A DNA stretch of 63,998 nucleotides, the filler included, from Bonamia ostreae (taxonomy: Eukaryota), in the NCBI GenBank assembly GCA_040357525.1. It is 4 parts of 4 records of this genome, joined end to end, with 100 filler letters (N's around TTAATTAATTAA, not from the genome) between each part and the next. Parts side by side here need not be neighbours in the genome. Positions count along the whole stretch, not along the records: positions 21,357 to 39,935 come from JBDODL010000003.1; 3 more parts are not named here. One strand, written 5' to 3'. The notes beneath the pieces are model-generated. The model was not told the DNA's origin and did no database searches. It was given only the letters and a program-made list of their open reading frames with translations. A program made the translations under genes and the position numbers. Below, one piece after another: positions 26,524 through 39,025 of this stretch. The number at the start of each line of letters is the position of its first letter. The stretch's first letter is position 1.

Positions 26524-27108
26524 ATGGTAACAACAATAATGTTGCTTTTGATTAAATTGTCGAACACTAAAAATACCTGCGTTCTGCCTACTGTACACGG
26601 AGGAAGAGTTTACCAAAAAACCTCTGGTCCTGGAAATTTTAGTACTTATGAAGTAAGATGCAAATCAGTTTTAAAATCATTATGGATGAATGGAAAACCT
26701 ATCGATACATTAACAGAAACAAAATTTAAATGTATTGGAACAACATTGTACAGTTATCCAGATTCTTTAACATTCGACTCAATTCAATGCAAATTTAATG
26801 GTTGGTTTTACGTTCTTGTTGTATTTGGACCACTATTTTCAATTAGCCTAGTTGTCGCCAGAGTTTGTTTGTATAGGATAAGACAAAGGGCTAATTTGGA
26901 AAACAATGATGTTCAAAATTATCATAACAACAGCGAAAGTTTATATATATCAGATGACGAGAACAATAGACAAATCGGTAATAGATTTTACAAACAAATT
27001 ATCAGTCACGGCATCGGGTTTCGAAATACAAGTACTCCAAGTTTGTATCTGCCCAACAACCCGGAAGTTGCTCTCGTAAAATATTTTATTTAGTAGAATC
27101 CAGAATGA
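26524..27108 (+). CDS. Type I membrane protein, sushi/CCP-like ectodomain, PY motif lost (paralog 4)
   Basis: CVLPTVHGG..YEVRC..FKC..IQC, TM, tail YLPNNPEVAL, intron at the equivalent position (27076-27096). Confidence 0.75.
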
Positions 27109-27650
27109 AATCAAAGACGAGAATCAGTTTAAATAAATTGATGAAAAAATCTTCTAATTTCTGACAGAAAATTTATAACAGTTTTTAAAAATTGAACAGA
27201 AAATTCATTTCTTATAAAAAAAATCATATTTGAGTAAATTTACAAAATATTTCAGTAATATTTTTATAATATTTTTATAAATTTACGAACACTGTAAATA
27301 ACTGTGAATACTTGTGACGTAACTTGCAAATGTAAAACAACATCAATAATATCCTTACCGATGAATGAAAAATATTTTCATTCTCGCAAATCGGAGAGAA
27401 AATATCATTGTCGCAAATATTAATTATCGCAGATAGTTATAGAAGCAAATTTTTTTATGCAAACGAAGATGAGAATATCGACATAGAAAATTCCCAGATT
27501 GCAAATTCTAATTACAACATTTGTGAAAATAACAAAGATAGAAAGATTTTAATATTTAATAATACAGTAAGAAATTGTAAACTGATAAATTTGGTTCACA
27601 TTCGTCTAATGTATTCAAGTTATTACTGTCGCTAAAAATAAATTATAAAA

Positions 27651-29797
27651 CTATAGAACCATTGCAGCGTTGATATAATCGTGATACGTCGTTTCTGGTA
27701 GACATATATTGCCAATCCTTTTTTCCTCAGGCAATGTTAATAAACTTGAAAGAAATACTTTCCAATCAAATGAACAAGTGCATTCATTAAGTTTTGTACA
27801 AATAGTTTTGTACACAGGTGTGTGATAAATAGTTTTAAAATAATTTTCAACAGACATGCTTTCATCTCCAACAACAAAATTTCCCGTCGTTAACCTATAC
27901 AGAATTGTTCCAAGGCTCCAAAAAGGACTTTTCATTGTTACCAATTTTCTTGTTACTTCAGGGGGAACCCAGGGCGGCAGATTACTCTTGTAAACTGTAC
28001 TGTCGTCTCTGTCCAAATCCAGACATTTCCCGAAACCGGAAATTTTTATATTTCCAGCATCTGTAAACAAAATGTTTCTCGGCTTTAGATTCGTGTGAAT
28101 AATTCTCTGTTTTTTTAGAAGACCCAATGCTTTAAAAACCCACGCACTTATTCCCTCTTTAAGTTAACAAAGAAACGTGTTTTGTATTCGTTCATCTTAT
28201 TTAGATCCTTCCACTCATCGAGTTGTCTGTTTTTAAACAAAAATAAACTCCATGTTATTTTTGCAAAGCTCCAGGCACAAATACAAGAAAATTTTCGTTT
28301 CGTAAACGTGGAGAAGGCGCACAAATAAAGGATGTTTCAATTTGTTCAATACATTTATTTCGTTTGTTGCTACTCTCGAGTTTTCGACAGTTTTTAGATA
28401 AACTTTAACAGCTACTTCTTCACCATTAACGGTAGCTTTGAAAACTTTTCCTGGACTTCCTTTTCCAATGAAAGCATTCATTGACAAATCTTTCGTCGAC
28501 GTTTTGCAAGTGCATTTCGGCCTCACTTTAAAAATTTAAAGCGAAAACTGCATTTTCCAAAATCATTTCCTTCAAAAACGACTGGAAAATCAACACCTCG
28601 CAAAGAATGATTAGGATAGTTTGCAGAAATTTGTGCACTTAACTTCTCATTGACTTTTATTATTGTCTGTATGTTCTCTTCTGTTGTTTTCTCTTTTGAA
28701 TCGAATCGAAATATGTCATTGTTTTGGAACCAAATGTTGCCCATAGCCACACAGACCAATTTTCGAAGTCGATCTGAATAATCCGAACTTTAATGTTTTG
28801 TTGAGAAACAAGTTTATCGTATATTCAGACAAATATTTGTGTTCCAGAAATTGATCTATTGTTATTCGGTCGGATTGTTTTATTCTCATTGATTGCCAAA
28901 TTATATCCTTCAAATCCTTGATATCGCCATCTAAAGCAGTTTTAAAATCGCTTTCATTGTTATCTTTCAAACAACTTAACTTGAATTCAAAATCGTCTCT
29001 AAAATTTTCACTCAACATCGACAAGACGCAAACCCCAACCGAAAAAGTGTCATTTTTGTAACAAAATTGTTTATTCATAACTTCGGGCGCTACGTTTGCA
29101 TTAACTCAAATTTACCTGTAAAATATTTCGTTCCTCTGTGTAATCTTGATTCTTTTGAATTATCCAAATCAAAACTAAGACCAAAATCGATCAACTTAAG
29201 ATCCCCATCTCTGTTGAACATAATATTTCCAGGCTTAATATCTACACCTACGATATTAAAAGTATGCAAATGTTTAACAGCTTCTGCGATTCTTACTGTT
29301 ACAGCACCTTAAGTTTATATCAATTCAACCTATATCATCATCGCCAAAGTCTTCATGTTTGGACATTTGTTCCAAATTGCAAGATAAAAGTTCTATCACA
29401 AAATACGAAAAGTCTCCGCTTCTAAAAGCATGGAAAATATCAACAAAATAGGGATGATTAGATACTTTTTTAAGCAAAGATAATTCCCGTTCTATTTGTG
29501 TTTCATTTCTACTTATTCGTTGAGATTTGAGACAGTAGAATTTACGATCTGTATAATCAATCACTTTAATTGCAAAATTATTTTAACCTCTGTATACATC
29601 TGTTGCTGCTTTTTTACATATTAATGAACATATCAAAAAATCATCCATAGAAACATGGCACTCAGCACTTAAACCTTTAATGATTATTAGTGTTTAAAAA
29701 TATTACAGCACAATTTTCCACCAGCACCTGGTTTTAACCATTCCTTATATGAATCAAGTTCCTTTTCTATATACATTGGTTTACTATTTGCAGACAT
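27651..29797 (-). CDS. Tandem protein kinase / pseudokinase, multi-exon (may extend slightly further 3')
   Basis: Spliced through eight short GT-AG introns. Domain 1: YCLK, ERE, IVGVDIKPGN, IDFG, TAPE. Domain 2: GKGSPG, VAVK, IIHTNLKPRN, ISGFG, VPPE. Confidence 0.8.
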
Positions 29798-29928
29798 TTT
29801 GGTTTAAATTCAAATTTATTCGTAAAACAACACTTAATAAACAAGCCAAGAAATTAAAATCATCGATTAATGTTCATCCAACACCATTTTTATTGCATGT
29901 AAGACTTTATCTTTTAAAGCACGAGAAA

Positions 29929-30255
29929 ACGACCTGTATCCTAACAGTTCGTATTCCGGGTCACCATTACGCCAGGTTGTTCTATAAATTGTACCTCTCT
30001 TATAAATACAGGATTAAGGGAAGCGTCATAAGAGCCTAGCGGCTAATTGGCATAAAAACACAATAGTCTTTAAAACTACATTTCTGTCGCCTCTAAAGAG
30101 TGCTTTTGCTTGTTAAACAGTTCAGTGTGTCTGTTTCTAGACTTTTTGTAATTAGAGTTCCTGACTCCATGTCTTTAAATGTCTCGGCCTCCACTACTTT
30201 TGATAAAAGAGAGTGTTCTGGGCTAATTAGCCCCTCTCAATCTGGAACAGGTCAT
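29929..30255 (-). ncRNA. Candidate structured ncRNA (~325 nt), identity unknown
   Basis: Terminal helix AUGACCUGU-UCC/GGA-U-ACAGGUCGU plus several internal hairpins. G-U pairs favour the minus strand. Intergenic and relatively GC-rich. Confidence 0.45.
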
Positions 30256-30582
30256 ATAACGTTTTTATAAAGAAATTGGAAACTGACGATGAAAAAATAC
30301 ATCAGAAGGTCTCAAGATCGAGACCATTTACTAGAAGCAAAACTACAAAAAGAAAATGGATTCGCATCAAAACGAAGTGCGAATTTTTGAATCAGTGGAA
30401 ATTATCGTAAATTCCCCAAAAGACAGTTTTCGAGAACTTGAACAATTTTGTAGTCGAACGAAGAAGAAAAATTTACTTTATCGCGGTCATTTAATCAATA
30501 AAACTGACACAAAATAAAAATAGCCAAAACTCATTTTATAAATTCCGATATAATAAAACATTAAAGCTTTAATTTCCAGCAA

Positions 30583-33500
30583 ATGCCGAGCCACTCAAAC
30601 TTCCAGATTTATTTGACTGAAAGTCTATTCTTGCTCAAAAAAACATGTAGTCGCCGAGACAAAAACGTCACAGAATCGATAGATTCAGTTCTGACAAAAT
30701 TAAAGGTTGCAAAATTTTGAAAATCAGAATAATGTTCATCCAATGGAATCGATTAATTTGAATATTCTGGAACCATTCAAATTAGCCTGCGAGTCCAGAA
30801 GCACTAAGTTAATGGGCGTCAGTCTTGATTGCCTTCAAAAATTAATATCGACGTCTCTTCAAAATTATCCTCTTGAAGATCCCACTTTCACGCACGCGGT
30901 TCAAAAATTTGTGTAAAAATATTCTAAAACTGTAAAATGGGCAAATTATCCAATTTAAATTCTTCTCGTTTACAAATTTTTTTCTAAAACAGATTTTAGC
31001 GCAATATTAAAATCTTGTGATTAAACGTAAAAATTGGAAAATAATGATAAAATTTTAAAATTTTTCAAAAATTAAGAAAAACAATGAAAAGTGCATAAAT
31101 CAAGTTTTAAAAATAATTTGCGGATGCGGATTGAATCCCTCCGACGAAATTGTTTTAAAAGTTGTGCAAAATATTTTGACTGCAATTTCGTCTTCTTACG
31201 ATATTCACATCGAACACCTTTTTTACGCTGTTCGCACTTGCTTTCATATTTATCTCTCTTCTAACAGCAAATGTCTTTTACAAAAATTTTAACATAACTT
31301 AAAATTTTCAAAAAAATTTACGAGTAAAAATATAAAAAAATCAAATTTAAGTAAATAAAACTTGCGCAAGAGCAACATTGGCACAAATTGTTCAAGTAAC
31401 TTTTGATCGCTCGAAAAACTTTATGAAATTATTTGAACAACTTCTTAAAACGCAAAAAAATAATAAAGAATTGTCGAATAAAAAATTCTCGATGATTAAT
31501 TTTGAAGGTTTTGGCTAAATTTGTATTTTAAAATTAGCAAATTTTTCCAAACTTTTATTAAAAAAATTAATTTCGTTAAATTTTTTTATAAAATTTCACT
31601 AAAAATTTTAAGAGATCAAAATGAATTCGTTTAGCGAAGATTTTATTACAGAACGGAAAAATAAAAGCGATCGAATTTGCAGAGAAATTGTTATCGATAT
31701 GATCAGATCAAAAGTTTTGGGACAGTTAAGCGGAAAATATGGATTTTGTACTGTTTGTAATCGCTCTGCTGACCATTTTTGTTTACAAGTTAAAATTTAG
31801 CCTTTTTGAATAAAAAATAATTTTTCATTTTGGTTATTTTTTATTTTTTTTATATTTTATAAAATAGACAAAAGATTCTGTTTGTTCGATGAAATGCAAA
31901 ATTAAAAATTTGTCTTCGATAATTTTATACAAAGAAACGAATCCGAATCAAAAACATTTTTTGTCGATTGTTTTGTTAACGATTTTATATCAAAACAATT
32001 GTTTGCTAATTTTGCGATCTCTTTGTTCTTTGGCCAATTCAAATCTTGATGGTATTGATTTCACGTCTTATAATTCCAAAAACGTTAAATATTTGAACAA
32101 AATTTTTTAATTGAAATTTGGAAATTTTTATTAAATTTTGAGACTAAATTGAAAAACTTAGGAAAAACCACTGAAATTGCAAAGTAAAGAATTGTCATTA
32201 GATTTGATATTGCACATTTTAAAAGGAAACAGTGAAAATATAAAAAAATCAAAATTGTTTTTGGATTTGATTAAATCCAAATTAATTGGATTGCTGATAC
32301 AAAACGTCTTTGAGAAAAATAGTAATATTAACGGGTTTTTCAATTCACTTAATTTTATTGTCAAAAATAAAAGTAAATTTTAAAAAAAAATTAGGCAAAA
32401 AATATTTTCAAAATAAAAGTAAATTTTGGTAAAAAATATTGTCAAAAACAAAAAATGAAATAAAAATCTATAAAAATTTTGCAAAAAGAACAACAATCGC
32501 AATATTTCTAGAACTTCTCAAAAACTTCAAAACGCATTTAAAAGTCGAAATTGGAGTTTTTCTGCAATGCATTTTAATCAAAATAATCGAAAGCAAAAAT
32601 TCCAATTATCGACAAAAATTGATTTGCGCCGTTGTTTTTCTAAAAGTCTGTTCGAGCGAACAGACTTTGGTCGACATCTTTCTAAATTATGATTGCAACA
32701 CAAACGGTTTCAAGATTTATCAAACTATCGTCAGTTTTATCGAAAAAATGACTCAAATGAAGTTTACTTTTTTTTGTTTAAAATTTGGCTGTTTTGTCAA
32801 AATTTATTTTTTCGTTTCTGCGCAATTTTTAAAATAACAATTTTGTTATAAAGACATATTTTTAAATTTTTTAAGATTAACAGTGAAAGATTGGATAAAC
32901 GAGAGTCAAGAAACGCAATTAAAAATGATCGCTTTGGGATGTTTCAAAAAACTGTTTCAGTCGTTATTGAAATGGGTTGAAAATGCAATAAAAATTAGAA
33001 AAGAAAAATTTTCCAAAAATTTGGGATTCAACAAAAAATTTAATCAAAAAATGGAAATTGAAAATGTTTTGGAAAAAGCGATCGTAAAATTTAACGAATC
33101 TCCAAAAATGGTTTTTCGAATATAAAAATTTATCAAAAAATAAATGTTTTCTAAAAAGTTGGCCAAAATAAAATTTGCAAAATAAATTTCAAAATTTAGC
33201 CAAAATGTTAAAAAAATAAAGGGAATAAATATGCTACAATCAGTTGGTATAATAGACATTAAATCTCCGACAAATATTGCTGAATTTTTATATAAAACAC
33301 CAAATTTGAGTAAAGAAGCAATTGGAAAATATCTCGGAAAGTCCGAAAATGAGGATATATTGTCAGCTTATGTTTTTCTGTTTGAGTTTGATGACTTGAA
33401 AATCGACATTGCTTTGAAAAAATTTTTGAATAATTTTCTTTTGGTCGGTTTTTATCTTATAAAATCTAAAATTTGTTAATGCAAAAATGNNNNNNNNNNN

Positions 33501-36500
33501 NNNNNNNNNNNNNNNNNNNNNNNNNNNNNNNNNNNNNNNNNNNNNNNNNNNNNNNNNNNNNNNNNNNNNNNNNNNNNNNNNNNNNNNNNTCAAAAAATAA
33601 AGGAGAAGGGCAAATAATAGATCGAATAATGTCAAAATTCGCAGTAAAATATTGCTATGATAATCCAAACGTTTTTTCGTCATCAGATTCTGCTCACCTT
33701 TTGTCCTATTCGATTATAATGCTCAACACTGATTTGCATTCTGACAAAATCACAAATAAAATGTCACGCAACGATTTTGTTAAAAATAACAAAAATGTAG
33801 TCAAAAACGAAGAAATTGACACAATTTATATCGAAAACATTTATGATCGAATTTTGAAGGAAGAAATTAGACTTGATTCTAACTCGGAGCACGACTCTAA
33901 TGGATATGTCACTCCTAAATGTTATTTAGAAATTCAATTTGTCAAATTTCTATTGCAATTTCAAATTTTTTTATTTCAAAAACTGAAATTTTTGCAATTT
34001 ATTTTTATTGCAATTTTAAATCTTTTTAATTCAAAAACTGAAAATTTTGCAATTTATTTTTATTGCAATTTCAAATCTTTTATTTCGAAAACTGAAAATT
34101 TTGCAATTTATTTTTATTGCAATTTCAATTTTAAACTTCATTTTGCCTTAAATTCAAAAAATCAAAATTCAGCAAGAGAAAGAAATTTCATAAACGAAGA
34201 AAAAGAAATCAAAAAAGTCGCAGAGCGCTATGTCAAAACAGGCCAGAATTCCAGAGAATTCATAGACGAGTTCATTAACGCCGACAGCGACAACATTGAA
34301 ATCATTTTTTGTATGTTCGAATCAGTTTGGTCTTCCTCTCTAGCTTCTCTAAGCATTTTATTAGACAAAAGCGACGACTCTAATATCGTCTCTGTTTGTT
34401 TAGAAACTTACACTTGCGCAATTAGTTTTTTTTGTTAAACATCGAAAAATTTTTTTTCGTCAAAAATTTCAAAAACTAAATTTTAATATGAACTCAGAAC
34501 TTGCAACATTCTTCAAAATGGATATCATCAAAGAAGCTTACGTCAACACATTAGCTGGATTGACATTGCTTGGAACGACCAAAGATATGAAACCTAAAAA
34601 TATCATGGCCATTATCACTATTCTAGACATCGCACAGTTTTTCTTTCTTTCGAATTTTTAATTATCAAATTTAATTTGCTTCGAACTTTAAGCGATGAAG
34701 GAAATTCGTTGGATAAATCGTGGCTGACAGTTTTGAGATGCATTTCCAATATTGAGCATCTTCATCTAATCGGATCCGGTCAAACTACCGATTCAGCTCA
34801 TTTTTCATTAGACGACGACAAAATAGTTTTCAAAATTAAAAATTTTAGAATTTCTAATTTAATTTCGCTAAAATAAATTTCTTTTTAAAAATTTTTCAAT
34901 TTAATCTGCAAAATTAATTGCTAAATTTTAAAGAACGATTTCCAAGCAATGTTAATGAACAGCGGATTCATATCACAATATAGTGTTCCGATTCCAATCG
35001 AAACCGAAAATGATGTTAATTCAAAAGCCGTCGCTTTTTTAGTTTTTAAATTAAATTTGGCTAAATTTTATTAAAATTGGTAAATTTTAAGATTGAACAG
35101 AATAAAATTGACAGAATATTTATGAATTCGGATAATTTGAACGACGACAAAATTTTGACATTTTTTAAATATTTGTGCAAAGTTTCAATTGAAGAAATTA
35201 ATAACGAATCCGGATCGAGAATTTTTATTCTTGAAAAAATTGTCGAAGTTTTTTGAAAATTGACACAAATTTTGATTAATTTAATAAATGACATTTATAA
35301 ATTACAAATTTTGATTTATTAGACGACAATTTGCAATTTACATCGAAATGCGAAAATTTGGGATGAAATTTGGGATTACTTTTATGAGCTATTTTACAAC
35401 GTTTTAAATTAAATCTTAAAGGGAGGAACTGTTAAAAACACAAATGTCGGAAAATATGTCATAAATTCTTTTAGAGTTATCAGTACAAGATTTTTAAGCA
35501 AAAAAAAGTTTTCTGAGAAACCGAACGTTTTTTATAAAAAAAATTTTTGTAAAATTAAAATAAAAAAGAAATTTTTGTAATATTTGCATTAAAAAATTTA
35601 AAAAATTAGATACAGAAAAAAGTATTTAAGCCATTAATAATGATAATGGCGAAAATAGATGATTTTGGAATTCGAGAAATAATTATTCAATGTGTTTTTA
35701 TGCTGTTGCAATCTGTTTCTGATAACCTTTCTGCTGGTTGGAATGGAGTTTTTGAAGTTTTTTTGATTTTTCAATTTTAAAATATCGCTTTAATCAAAAA
35801 ATTATTTTAAAATTTTTAATTAAATTGCAAAAATTGCTTTAAACGAAAAATGTAAAAATTTTTAGCCAAATTTTCCACAAAATTTGCAAAAATAGCAAAA
35901 ACCAAATTAAAATTTTCAATATAAAGATCGCGTCGATAGCAGCAATAGACCCGAGAGAAAGAATATGTTCGGCAGCTCTAAATTTGGTAAATTTCGCAAA
36001 ATCAAAAATATCGGTAAAAAACAAAACGCAAAATATTGAAGCCTTTTCCGGAATTTTCACATTTGTTCGTTCAGCGAATATCAATTATCATGGCAAATTA
36101 GTCGAAAAATCTCTCGAAATCAATTTTTACGTTCTAAATGTATTTTTTCGTTCAAACTTAAATTTCAATTTTTACAATTTTAATTTTCAAGACGTTCTTA
36201 AAAGAACTTTTGATATCCGAAAATGAAAATATCAAAAGTTCGAAAAGAAAAAATCGACGTAAAAAGTCTAAATACAGAAATTTAGCAAAAAATAATGATC
36301 AAAATTTGGCTGAAAATAATGATCAAAATTTAGCCAAAAACAACGATCAAAATTTTGCTAAAAATGATGATCTAAATTTAGCCGAAAATAAAAACAAAGA
36401 ACGAAAATCTATTGAAAAAACAAAATTTTGGATAAACTTTGGAATAAAAAATATTTTGTTAATGATATTCAAAGAAAACGTTGAACTGGCAACACAAAGC

Positions 36501-37749
36501 ACCGCAATAAATAATTTGGAAAAATTGCTAAAACATTTTAAAAAACTAAATTCTGAAATTTGGACAAAAATATTTGAAACGATTTTCTCAAAATTTAGAA
36601 CAAATGTCAATAAACGTGAAAATTTGACTGAATTTGAAAATTATTTGGATCGTTTAGAAATTGAGCAAATTGAAAACATTTTTGTTAATGTTAAACAAAA
36701 CAAGTTATTAAAAATATTTTTGTCCAAATATTAAAATTTGTTTTTTTGATAAAAATATTTTTGTCCAAATATTAAAATTTGTTTTTTGATAAAAATATTT
36801 TTGTCCAATTATTAAATTTAATAAAAATAGCGAAAAAACAATTTTTAATCAAAATTTGGAAAAATATCAAATTGGCAATTGGAACAAAAGAATATTTAAA
36901 AGTTTTTTAAAAAATTTTAATTTATAAAAGACGAAAATAAATATGTTTTGGAAAATTTGTTAAGAATTATAATCGATATTTTGAGCGAAAATGATTTGAA
37001 ATTTTTAAACAATAAATTGATTTTAGCTTTTGAGCAAATTTCGCAAGTTTTTTTAATTCTTTATTATTAAATTTTATCGAAAAAATTTAAAAGTTGGAAA
37101 ATAATACCGACAAAACTTTATTAAAAACAATAAAATATCATCACGGACGAGAAATTATCGATTTTAAATTATATTTAAAAACACTACAGAATGTTTTTAT
37201 ATTCAAAATTTAGATATTTCACAAAAATCAAGCAAATATTTTAAAATGCGTTTCCAGAAATTTTACAAATTCTGAAAATTGGTCATTAAATGAATACGAA
37301 ATTAATCTTAAAAGTTTTATAAAATTTAAACAAATCAGAAAAATTTGAAATTGAGAAAATATCGAACAAAGAAAAAATGCAAATTCGATTGAAATTTATT
37401 AAGTTTATTGAGATCGTCCAAATTTTTGTCAAATTTTTAAATGTTTTTATTTAAAATTTAGACTAATTTTGAAAAATTGGAAAAATCTATTTTGGTCCAA
37501 ATTTACAAAATTTTGCAGAAATATATTATTTTGCAATCATATCTTAATGGAATCGCAAATTTATTTTCGGAATGTTTTAAATTTACTGATTTTAAAATTT
37601 TTCGATTTTGTTATTTTTCGCAAAATTTGTTTCTTTTTGAAATCTTAATAAATTTAGCAATTCTGAAAATATCTAATACACAAAAAATGGAAATTGAGAA
37701 ATTAATGAAAAGGATTCAACCAGCGGAACTCAATGGAATGAGTAAATAG
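30583..37749 (+). CDS. BIG/Sec7-type ARF guanine-nucleotide exchange factor, multi-exon (3' end approximate)
   Basis: DCB region LEPFKLACES..SLDCLQKLIS, HUS motif FLNYDC, Sec7 domain with LVGEGQIIDRIM and LSYSIIMLNTDLH, HDS region GNSLDKSW. Confidence 0.9.
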
Positions 37750-38149
37750 AACGAAAATGTATTTTGGAATTTTTATTAAAAATTTGCAAATTTATTTAAT
37801 AATTGTGTTGCTTGTATCATTAATATTCGCTTCTGCGAGTATGTCGGGCGAAGGAACTAATTGCAAATTTTCTGTTTTGTTTTGCTTTATTTGATTAAAA
37901 TATTTTTATCGCAAAAAATCAATTTTTTTTATTTTTATTTTATTAAAATATTTTTATCTCAAAATCAATTATTATCATTTTTGTTGATAAATTAATAAAA
38001 ATTATTAAACAAATTTTTTAGATGGAAGAATATTAACGTTTACATTTTCAGCCGCAAAGTTTAGTTTTGATAAATTGCAAATTTGAAATTTTTTTTCTAA
38101 AAGTTCTTTAATTCTTTTAAAATGTTTTTTCGGAATTTTTCTTTTTCTT

Positions 38150-38802
38150 CAACATAATATAATTTAATATTTTTAAGCTTATTGATAACTAAAAACTTAA
38201 TTTTTCTCTTTATTTTTTTAATTTTTTTGTTTAAACTGAAAATTTCCTTTTTAATTTCGTCAAAATATTTTGAAAATCTTTAGAAAGTTTAAATCTGAAA
38301 ACTGTTTAAATTTCTCGTTAATTGTTTCAGTAGTAGTATGTTTTTTATGTTTATTTTCCTCGTTGTTGACCCCGCTTTCATTTTTAGCACCAAAATCACT
38401 ATTCTCGGTATCTAAAATTTAGTCAAATTTTAAAAGTTAACCAAAAGATTCCAAATCACTTTCTTTTTTTCTGTTCAATCCGGAAAAATTATCAAATTGT
38501 TTGGAATATTTTTTTCTAATTTTTTTGTCCAAGTTTAAGTTTTGGCTAAAATCGTTGTTATAATCGCCCATTAAATTGTCCAAAGAAAATTGATTTTTGT
38601 GGTTTTTTTGGAGATCATACGGTGTTTCCTTCGGCATTATTTGTCTACTTTTAAATTCTTGTCAACGCAATATAAAAAATTGCAATTTTTAAGTGAACTG
38701 GTTAAAATAAGGTGTTTCTGGAACAAAATTGTCAAAATTTGTGTTTTCCGAAAGTTTTTTCTTTTTATTGATTTTTCTTTTTGTGCCGCCCATCCAATTC
38801 AT
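38150..38802 (-). CDS. Hypothetical multi-exon protein starting MNWMGG (3' end approximate)
   Basis: ATG 38802. The MNWxGG start recalls REDIC1/C12orf40-like proteins (weak). Includes ORF 38437-38637. Confidence 0.3.
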
Positions 38803-39025
38803 AGAAAATTTTTGCTTTTAATACAAAAGTAAATTTTTATAGTAATTTTGTTGACCTCAAAAAGTTTATAGCACAAAAATTTATTATGATTTTTTTAACG
38901 ATTTTATCCATTAAAAAACAATTTATCCATTAAAACGACATATCTTCGAATACAAAACGTCGAAGAGACCACAAAAAATGAAATTAAAAGTGGAAATTAA
39001 ATCTTTATCCCAAAAAAATGAAAAT

